Source of the DNA: the human T2T-CHM13v2.0 reference genome, Homo sapiens
Reading direction: 5' to 3' (one strand)
DNA length: 64,000 nt
NCBI RefSeq assembly: GCF_009914755.1
Contig: NC_060939.1
Positions 49,834 to 64,000 of the stretch are shown here, one piece after another. A program made the position numbers and the translations under genes. The notes beneath the pieces are model-generated. The model had not been told where the DNA came from. It ran no database searches and saw only the letters and a program-made list of their open reading frames with translations. How positions within the stretch are numbered: the first letter of the stretch is position 1; each line of letters opens with the position of its first letter.

Positions 49834-50144
49834 AGCCAGGTGCAGTGGCTCATGCCTGTAATCCCAGCTCTTTGGGAGGCCGAGGCAGATGTATCACGAG
49901 GTCAGGAGTTCAAGACCAGCCTGGCCAAGATGGTGAAACCCCATCTCTACTAAAAGTACAAAAAAAAAAAAAATATTACCCTGGTGCGGTGGTGGGCACC
50001 TGAAATCCCAGCTACTAGGAAGGCTGAGGAAGAGAATTGCTTGAACCTGGGAGACGGAGGTTGCAGGAGCTGAGATTGCACCACTGCACTCCAACCTGGG
50101 TGACAGGGCAAGACTCCATCTTGAAAATAAAAAAAATTAAAAAA
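49834..50144 (+). mobile_element. Alu (AluS-like)
   Basis: Sense dimer starting ~28 bp after the antisense Alu. Confidence 0.9.
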
Positions 50145-50734
50145 AGTTTATTTGCACCATCTCACCGTATTTTGTATAGAGATACTTTGAGGCTCTGTAA
50201 ATATCTGGTTACTCCTCAGAACCCACTAGATTTAGCATTTCATGGATGACTTGTGTTTGAACAATTATTACTATGATGGTTGCCAGATGATTATTTTCTT
50301 ATTCTCTTCTTTGTTCTACATGGAGAAATAAAACCAATAAATAAGGGAGAAGGAAAGCTCATGATTCTGATGCTCCAATTCCCCAAGATTAGGCCAGTAG
50401 TAGACATTCCAAGCTGACTTTATGTCTCTTTGATTTGTCTCCATTACTCTGTCGGCACTTTTTTACTTTCTGGCAGAAGATGTTCTAAGCTCATCTTGTA
50501 TTTTCTCTGCCCCAGCCCTGCAATGAGTAATTTTTTTTAGAAGCAGAGGTGGAGCCACTGAGGAAGCACAGGTGAGCCCTCCCCAGTGCCTACTCACTGG
50601 TCCCCAACAGAAGAACCGCTGCCGCATCCAAGAATGACACTGTAAATGTAACAAAGCTTCCGTGCTTGTTAGTGAACACCAACTCAGCTCCTCTCCTGTA
50701 TTCAGAAATCAGGATGAGATGAAAACAACAAGCA

Positions 50735-51045
<311 letters not shown>

Positions 51046-51439
51046 AGAAAACAAAACTAACAAGGCTTGACACCAGATGAGCCTGAATCTAAGCAAGAAA
51101 AGCCCAGAAGAAATCCCATTTTGGGTCACTGGCTGCATGGTAGTAATACCATACACATAAAGGAAGAGAGGAGGATGTGGCTTTCACTTTGAATTTTTTG
51201 AGCTTAAGGTAACTTTTGCGTAGCTACAAAGAAGCATTCAACAGAGAGTTAAACCTATGATGGAAAGACTGAAGAGGTCCAAGCTGTAGAGAAACAGGAC
51301 TGCAAACCACAAAGGGCTGAATCAGTCAAGGAGAACTGCACGGCGGGATGAACAGGGACCAGTGGAACATTTGGATAAGCTGTTGAGAAGAAAGGAGAAT
51401 TCAGAGAAAAAGAACTGTCAGTGAGGTCATAATAGGAAC

Positions 51440-51915
51440 TGTTACAGTGAACTAAATATGGCCTGGGAAGGACTCTGTACTTCTAGACTTGAGTCCCTGT
51501 GGACAAACTGCAACCTAACTTAATAGGTAGAAAGACTGAAAACCTAACTTAGGAGTATGCACCTGTAACTATAGCTGAGTCCTGGCCAATCCCAACAGCC
51601 AAACTTCTGCCACTCACACACTGCTGAGTGTTCAGCTGTGTTCAAATAAGGCAAATGCTGAGCACTGTAACCAGTCCAGTTGTTTCTGGACCACATTGCT
51701 GAGAATGGTAAGGGACCCAGTTGCTTCCGGACCTCACTCCTCACTCAGATTTCTGTACATCACGTTCCCTTTATTGTCTATAAATCTTCCACCATGTAGC
51801 TGTGCTGGAGTCTCACCAAATCTTCTGTGATTCTGGGGGCTGCCTGATTTGTGAATCATTCATTTCTCAATTAAGTTCCTTTAAATTTAATTCAGCTGAA
51901 GATTTTCTTTTAACA
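51440..51915 (+). mobile_element. MER57(B)-type ERV1 5' LTR
   Basis: TGTTACAGTGAACTAAATATGGCC..GGCCAATCCC..TATAAA..TTTAAATTTAATTCAGCTGAAGATTTTCTTTTAACA; TG..CA termini; followed by a PBS. Confidence 0.85.
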
Positions 51916-51917
51916 GA

Positions 51918-51935
51918 TGGTGTCAGAAGTGGGAT
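51918..51935 (+). promoter_or_regulatory. Retroviral primer-binding site, tRNA-Leu
   Basis: TGGTGTCAGAAGTGGGAT is complementary to the tRNA-Leu 3' end ATCCCACTTCTGACACCA and begins 3 nt after the LTR end. Confidence 0.85.
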
Positions 51936-52055
51936 CTGTGGGAGCAGGACTGCTAGGGCCTCCGGAGCTATAATGTGGTGAGCAGTGTTCCTAGGGCTTC
52001 TAATGACCCCCAGGAGTGCTGAAGTACAAGAAAGGCACCTGCAAGGACTGCTCTG

Positions 52056-53317
52056 TGATGGCAGCAGTGGCCCATGTGGAGCAGTTGCTACGGAGACACT
52101 GGCTGCAGTGAGGAGGAGTGGCTGGGGCTGTGCGCTCCTCGAAGCTGGTGGGAGTCAGGAAAGGGTGGGAGCCCCACCCCTTCTAAATTGGCAGGCAGGA
52201 GCCCCGCCCTCCCAGGCACAGCTGCAGCCATCCAGCCATGACTGCAAACCCGGGCATCTTTGCACTCTCAGAGGCCCAGCAAGCCCCCCTGCCCCCGCAG
52301 GCTCAGTTGTACCTGGTCCCACCACCTGGCGTCTCTCCACTCCCAGAGCCCACTCCAACCTCAGATCCAAGTTGAGGCTGAACCCAGGCACAGTCGGAAC
52401 CCGGCCTGGTATGTGCAAGCTCAAGGCAGTGCTGACATGCCAGCCCCCTGCCACCTCAGCCCCCTCCAGACTTTGGGCACTGACGAGCACAAGAGGGAGG
52501 TTGAGGTGGGGCTAAGAGTGGCTCAGCACTGGCCTGAAGGCACTCCTCAGCTCGAACAGCCTCGGCAATGTGGGCACAGCTAACCACAGTGCATCTCTCT
52601 CAGCTGCTGAGAGCTGAACAGACGTTGGGATGACTTGCCTGCAGAAAGGAGCTACCGACTGCAGGTCTCCTCTGAGCTGAACTGTTGCTCAATAAAGCAC
52701 CTCTTCACCTTGCTCACCTTCTACTTGCCCACATACCTCATTCTTCCTAGACTCAGGACAAGAACTCGGGACCTGCCAACTAGCAGGGCTGAAAGAGGTG
52801 TAACATAAACAGGGCTGAAACGCACCCCTTGCTTGCCAAATTGCAGGCAAGAAGAAGAGAAGAGAGAAGGAGACAAGAGCTGTGGCCCTTCAGGGAGCCC
52901 AGACCTAGGAGCTCCCCAAGCCAGGGCTATGATGCCTTCTTTGGGGTTCTGCAGTTCCTGCATCTCCAAGTTTCTGGGCGCCACTGCATTCCCTGATACC
53001 CACAGTGGAAGCTGTTTGCAGTCGGCCTGGTCCAGCTGCAGCCTCACAGGGATCTGGCACCTGTGCCGGTGCCTGGAGCTGCCCACCCCACTGCAGCTGG
53101 CATGCTTGACTGTGTGCAGTGGCCAGATCCCATGCTTGCTTGCTCACACACCCTTCACTGCTCTGTACCCAGATCACCCTTGGCAAGTGTGGGATCCAAA
53201 CCACTAGCATGACCCGAGTGGACAGAACGAACCCAGTGGGCCCGAGCAAAACACAGGTAAAGGCACCACCAGCCAGAGGCTTCAGGCAGAAAAGTGATGT
53301 CTCAGGATTCTGTAACA
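52056..53317 (+). mobile_element. MER52-type solo ERV1 LTR nested in the MER57 leader
   Basis: Starts TGATGGCAGCAGTGG, GC-rich, AATAAA at 52691, ends ATTCTGTAACA. Confidence 0.78.
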
Positions 53318-54254
53318 CTTGTGCCCTTTGATCTCTCAGAGCTGCTGGGGATCATGATAAATTCTTTCTCGGATTTCAGAGCTCCATGGATTTGTGTTTT
53401 GAGCTCTGAGTTTCTTTGAGCAAATTTCTGTTCCAAACTGCTATCCAGCCATGACTGGCTGGATGTTTTAGAAGTTATGACAGAAACGGGACCGGGTCCA
53501 GGATCAGATTTGATCCAGTAGTTAACTGGCTTGAATCCAGTTCCAGTTAGAGACCTCCTACATCTGAATGGGTCAGAAGGAAAGTGGTAGTAAATGATAA
53601 TATTGTAGGGCTGTAAAATTTGGCTTTTGAAAATTCACAGGGATTTTTGTGTTCTACCCCTTTGTTTCATTTTCCTCACACGCTTAGGTAGGAAAAAAAA
53701 TCATTGGCTAAGTCAATCAAGGGAACCTGGGAGTAAAGCCAATATATTAGGTAAAAATAGGATCCTTAATTTCTGGAAAACTTAGTTCCTTCTGGCTAAT
53801 TCATTAGGCCTGGGAGGCAGCAAAGTCTTACAGAAATGGCAAAATCTTACTAAAGTTAACTTACAGTGGAATATTCCAAATGAATAATGCCCTGAAGTGC
53901 ATTTAAAAATGAGGGCTCCCAAATTAGTCTCATCTAGGGATGCCTATTAATATGCAGAAGCTTCTAAAAAGATTTAGAGATGGCACGGCCTATCTGGGAG
54001 CAAGTTTGAGTCTTACCAGTTTGACACTGGGTGCTAAGCAAAGTGGCTCGTGTCTATGTTTTGTCACATGTATTTTGCTCTGAGCAGAATGAAAAATGTT
54101 AATTTGGTTACTCCAAGCAACCCCTTGGGCAACATCTTGCAAAGCTGAGTGGATTCTTCCTGTGGCTCCATGATTTCCATTGTGATGCAGCTTGGCCCCA
54201 GAGCTATAATGTGAGGAGGGTGACAGAGAAAGATGTTATCTTTAAAAAAAAAAT

Positions 54255-54549
54255 GGCCAGAAGCAGTGGCTCACGCCTGTAATCCCAACACTTGGGGAGG
54301 CTGAGGCAGGTGGATCACCTGAGGTCAGGAGTTCAGGGCCAGCCTGAACAACAAGGAAAAACCCCGTCTCTACTAAAAACACAAAATTAGCTGGGCATGG
54401 TGGGGCACGCCTCTAATCCCAGCTACTCAGGAGGCTGGGGCAGGAGAATTGCTTGAATCTGGGAGGCAGGGGGTTGCAGTAAACCGAGATCGCGCCATTG
54501 CACTCCAGCCTGGGCAACAAGAGGGAAAATCCACCTCAAGAAAAGAAAA
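54255..54549 (+). mobile_element. Alu (AluS-like)
   Basis: Full dimer. Confidence 0.9.
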
Positions 54550-55684
54550 TAATAATAGATTTGCCTATAAGGTTTTATGAAAAAGTGGGTGACATTTGGC
54601 TTTCTCTCTTTAAAGAAGATTTTCAGAAAATATTAAAAAATAATGGGAGAAGGAGCCAAGCTGGCCGAATAGGAACAGCTCGAGTCTACAGCTCCCAGCA
54701 TGAGCGATGCAGAAGACGGGTGATTTCTGCATTTCCATTTGAGGTACTGGGTTCATCTCACTAGGGAGTGCCAGACAGTGGGCGCAGGACAGTGGGTGAA
54801 GTGCACTGTGCACTAGCTGAAGCAGGGCGAGGCATTGCCTCACTTGGGAAGTGCAAGGGGTCAGGGAGTTAGTTCCCTTTCCTGGTCAAGGAAAGGGGTG
54901 ACAGACGGCACCTGGAAAATCAGGCCACTCCCACCCTAACACTGCGCTTTTCTGACGGGCTTAGGAAACGGCACACCAGGAGATTATATCCGGCACCTGG
55001 CTCAGAGGGTCCTATGCCCATGGAGTCTCGCTGATTGCTAACACAGCAGTCTGAGATCAAACTGCAAGGCGGCAGCGAGGCTGGGGGAGGGGCACCGGCT
55101 ATTGCCCAGGCTCTCTTAGGTAAACAAAGCAGCCGGGAAGCTCGAACTGGGTGGAGCCCACCACAGCTCAAGGAGGCCTTCCTGCCTCTGCAGGCTCCAC
55201 CTCTGGGGGCAGGGCACAGACAAACAAAAAGGCAGCAGTAACCTCGCAGACTTAAATGTCCCTGTCTGACAGCTTTGAGGAGAGCAGTGTTTCTCCCAGC
55301 ACACAGCTGGAGATCTGAGAATGTGCAGACTGCCTCCTCAAGTGGGTCCCTGATCCCTGACCCCCAAGCAGCCTAACTGGGAGGCACCCCCCAGTAGGGG
55401 CAGACTGACACCTCACACGACCGGGTACTCCTCTGAGACAAAACTTCCAGAGGAATGATCAGACAGCAACGTTCACGGATCACGAAAATCCACGGTTTTG
55501 CAGACACCACTGCTGATACCCAGGCAAATAGGGTCTGGAATGGGCCTCTAGCAAACTCCAACATACCTGAAGCTGAGGGCCCTGTCTGTTAGAAGGAAAA
55601 CTAACAAACAGAAAGGACATCCACACCAAAAACCCATCTGTACATCACCATCATCAAAGACCAAAAGTAGATAAAACCACAAAG

Positions 55685-56700
55685 ATGGGGAAAAAACAGA
55701 GCAGAAAAACTGGAAACTCTAAAAAGCAGAGCACCTCTCCTCCTCCAAAGGAATGCAGTTCCTCACCAGCAATGGAACAAAGCTGGACAGAGAATGACTC
55801 TGACGAGTTGAGAGAAGAAGGCTTCAGATGATCAAACTACTCCGAGCTACAGGAGGAAATACAAACCAAAGGCAAAGAAGTTGAAAACTTTGAAAAACTT
55901 TAGAAGAATGTATAACTAGAATAACCAATATAGAGAAGTGCTTAAAGGAGCTGATGGAGCTGAAAGCCAAGGCTCGAGAACTATGTGAAGAATGCAGAAG
56001 CCTCAGGAGATGATGAGATCAACTGGAAGAAAGCATATCAGTGATGAAAGATGAAATGAATGAAAAGAAGCATGAAGAGAAGTTTAGAGAAAAAAGAATA
56101 AAAAGAAATGAACAAAGCCTCCAAGAAATATGGGACTATGTGAAAAGACCAAATCTGTGTCTGATTGGTGTACCTGAAAGTGACGGGAAGAATGGAACCA
56201 AGTTGGAAAACACTCTGCAGGATATTATCCAGGAGAACTTCCCCAATCCAGCAAAGCAGGCCAACATTCAGATTCAGGAAATACAGAGAATGCCACAAAG
56301 ATACTCCTCGAGAACAGCAACTCCAAGACACATAATTGTCAGATTCACCAAAGTTGAAATGAAGGAAAAAATGTTAAGGGCAGCCAGAGAGAAAGGTCAG
56401 GTTACCCACAAAGGGAAGCCCATCAGACTAACTGCTGATCTCTCGGCAGAAACTCTACAAGCCAGAAGAGAGTGGGTGCCAATATTCAACGTTCTTACAG
56501 AAAAGAATTTTCAACCCAGAAATTCATATCCAGCCAAACTAAGCTTCATAAGTGAAGGAAAAATAAAATACTTTACAGACAAGCAAATGCTGAGAGATTT
56601 TGTCACCACCAGGCCTGCCCTAAAAGTGCTCCTGAAGGAAGCACTAAACATGGAAAGGCACAGTCGGTACCAGCCACTGCAAAAACATGCCAAATTGTAA
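55685..56700 (+). pseudogene. L1 ORF1p, disrupted
   Basis: ATG GGG AAA AAA CAG start; stops near 55829 and 56011, frameshift near 55898; open C-terminal part 56041-56700 (QEIWDYVKRPNL..YPAKLSF). Confidence 0.93.
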
Positions 56701-56763
56701 AGACCATCAAGACTAGGAAGAAACTGGGTCAATTAACGAGCAAAATAACCAGCTAACATCATA

Positions 56764-60582
<3,819 letters not shown>

Positions 60583-61242
60583 ACAATGAGAACACATGGA
60601 CACAGGAATGGGAACATCACACTCTGGGGACTGTTGTCAGGTGGGGGGAGAAGGGAGGGATAGCATTAGGAGATATTCCTAATGCTAAATGACGAGTTAA
60701 TGGGTGCAGCACACCAGACTGGCATATGTATACATATGTAACTAACCGGCACATTGTGCACATAAACCCTAAAACTTGAAGTATAATAATAATAATAATA
60801 ATAATAAAAATAAAATAATAAAATGAAAAATTTGTTTGCCTTGTAAATAAACTACCAAAAAAAAAAGGAAAAACAAGAGGCAGATTATTTGTGGAAATAA
60901 GTCTTCCCCCTATCAATGAGTAAAGATTTTTGCCCTTTAAAAATTTTTTAAGTCATGATTTTAGGTAAATGAATGACTTACGTTGACATGGAATTCTATT
61001 TCATAACATCAAGTGTTTAAACCTTTAATATATTTAATAGGCTTCCCAAAATCAAATTTCAACTTCAAAATTTTTTTTCTGACCTCTAACTTTGGGATAC
61101 TACAGAGGCCCCTGAAGTACCCAAAAGAGAAGTAAACAGGACTATTTAACATGTTAAGTCACATGGCTAGAACTGTCAAAATAAAAAATAATGTTGAACC
61201 TTCTTTAGGTTATATTCAGTGTATGTCATCAATCCATTCTAA

Positions 61243-61566
<324 letters not shown>

Positions 61567-61875
61567 TAATTATGGTTATTAAGTTATTGTAGACCACAGA
61601 AATAACCAAATTTCCTTGTCAATTGTCTTTAACTATAACTATTTAAAGTCATTTCCACAGTTAATTGCTTAATGGTGATGCAGTTTCTAAAAACTTCACA
61701 AGCATGCAAAATTTTAGAATATGGTGTCTCTTAGAAGATCCATGAAAGAAAGAAAAGGACCCTGAGAAACACTTGTGAACACAGGTTTCTAATAACTTTA
61801 ATATCATGGGTAAAAATTCCCCATAAGTTCCCCGATCCCCCAAGAATTGGACTGGCTAAGAATTCTCAAAAGTTA

Positions 61876-62217
<342 letters not shown>

Positions 62218-63477
62218 CTAAGTAAAACAAAAATTGTATACCAAGGAAATATTTTGCCACATTTGCATGCTAAATCACCAATATTGAAATTGTTTAGATA
62301 TATAATTTAAATAAACTCCATGGTCTAAGTCAAATCACCTATAACTACTCATCAGTTACCAGTACCATACACCTAATTTGGAGAAACAGCTGGTATTCAA
62401 GAGGATGTAAGTCTAATGTTAATTAAGCACAGACTTATGAAGAACCAGGATGGCCACCTTATCCTTCTTAAGTCCTTAAAACTTTTGTTATTAAAAGTTC
62501 TGCATTCCATAACTCATCATGGAAAGAGAAAATGATCCAAATTAAATATATTGGTGTGGTGATTTCTAAACTGCTAAAATAGTTTATAACCAATGTTTGG
62601 TTTGTCATACCTATATTCCTAGGAAAACAATCAAAACTTCAGGTACATTTGGTTATGTGATGGGCCATTTAAACATTTTATAAAGGGATTTCATTCAGTT
62701 GTCATTTTCAGTGCATGTTTTCTGATTGTATAAAAGCTCTTCCATGCGAGACAGTTGATGTTGAAACAGTAGATTATTACCCTGAAGTGTATTTTCACCA
62801 GGTAAAGAAAGCCTTTTATGGCTCACTGAGGACAGTCAACCCCTTCAAAATCTAGAATCTGATGACTGGATCTTCTGAGAACATCAGAGAAGGACTGCCC
62901 TTGCCATCCACATGACAGCAAAACTTTAAAACCTTAAACTTTGGGTTCATAGTCTCACAACTCAGAAGGGTCCTTCCACACTTGGAACCATATACCCATT
63001 GGAACCCTTAAGGTAAAGCTAACAAGGACAGTTCCCCCCAGAAGAAGATGGTATCCCTAATGTGAACAGCTTTTCCCAAGATCACAGATCAAGACTTCTC
63101 TACTATCATGAGACACTTATCTTAAGTATCTGTGCAGCTGCTAACACTTACAGCATGTGGAGAAAACATGGGGTATTATAAAGATTCGGTTGTAGGGAAT
63201 TAACAAAAAACCCACTTAGTTAAGCAAGTAAACTCTTTAATTCATTCTTTAATCTATTTGATTTTAGGTGGTTTGATTTATGGGGACCCTGAGTTAGGAG
63301 CATATACCAAATTCTTGGTGTTATCCCAATAGTCATAAGAGTCTCCCTGGTGCACTGTACTTACTCAAATGTTTTAAGAGTTTGCATGCAGGCATCTCTA
63401 AAATATCAAATGGTATCTCTTCAACTGGAATGACAAGTGATTAAAAAAAAAGTGCAACCATAAGGACACCATATCCT

Positions 63478-64000
63478 ATGAGTGACATACTAAACCGGAA
63501 ACCCAAAACAATGAGAGTGACATGCTAAACCAGAAACCCAAAACAATGGGAGTGATGTACTAAACTGGAACCCAAAACAATGCGAGTGACGTGCACTAAA
63601 ACCAGAACCCAAAACAATGGGAGTGACCTGCAAAACCAGAAACCCAAAACAATGGGAGTGACTTGCTAAAACTGGAACCCAAAACAATGGGAGTGATGTG
63701 CTAAAACCAGAAACGAAAACAATGGGAGTGACCTGCTAAACCAGAAACCCAAAACAATGGGAGTGACATGTAAAACCAGAAACCAAAACAATGGGAGTGA
63801 TGTGCTTAAACCGGAACCCAAAACAATGGGAATGACCTGCTAAACCAGAAACCCAAAACAATGGGAGTGACCTGTTAAACCAGAAACCCAAAACAATGGG
63901 AGCATCCTGCTAAACCAGAAACCGAAAACAATGGGAGTGACCTGCTGAACCAGAAACCCAAAACAATGGGAGTGATGTGTAAAACCAGAAACCCAAAACA
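63478..64000 (+). repeat. ~35-bp tandem repeat, at least 14 copies, open at the window edge (possibly HSAT5 class)
   Basis: Unit CTAAACCAGAAACCCAAAACAATGGGAGTGACNTG; the repeat is certain, the HSAT5 name is an unverified recollection. Confidence 0.9.

Noticed and set aside
51985-53331. GC-rich ORFs up to 176 aa, possible CpG-island gene
   Set aside because: Mostly inside the MER52-type LTR; no recognisable domain; CpGs largely decayed.

Overview
Primate (human-like) repeat-dense genomic DNA with no intact protein-coding gene. It looks like a segmental-duplication mosaic of the kind found on acrocentric short arms or in pericentromeres (inferred, not mapped). Left to right: (1) an old antisense L1 fragment interrupted by a MER50-type LTR; (2) a ~3.8 kb SATR1/SATR2-like satellite whose palindromic monomer flips orientation twice; (3) an old mitochondrial insertion (NUMT: ND3 5' part, tRNA-Gly, COX3 3' part); (4) a 5'-truncated, multiply disabled, unprocessed ANKRD20A/ANKRD18-family pseudogene (~9-49 kb, + strand) with two fossil CCDC144-like exons in its introns; (5) inside one intron, an AluS followed directly by ~89 copies of a 64-bp G-rich unit matching the description of WaluSat; (6) a MER57 ERV1 provirus (5' LTR, tRNA-Leu PBS, internal region) invaded by a MER52 LTR, Alus and a full-length dead L1PA3-like element, ending in a 35-bp satellite that runs off the window. 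I found no convincing new coding system. The most interesting signal is satellite birth from transposon debris: the 64-mer appears to be a slice of an L2 fossil and the 35-mer a slice of the ERV env end. Family names are from recalled consensus sequences and were not checked against any database.
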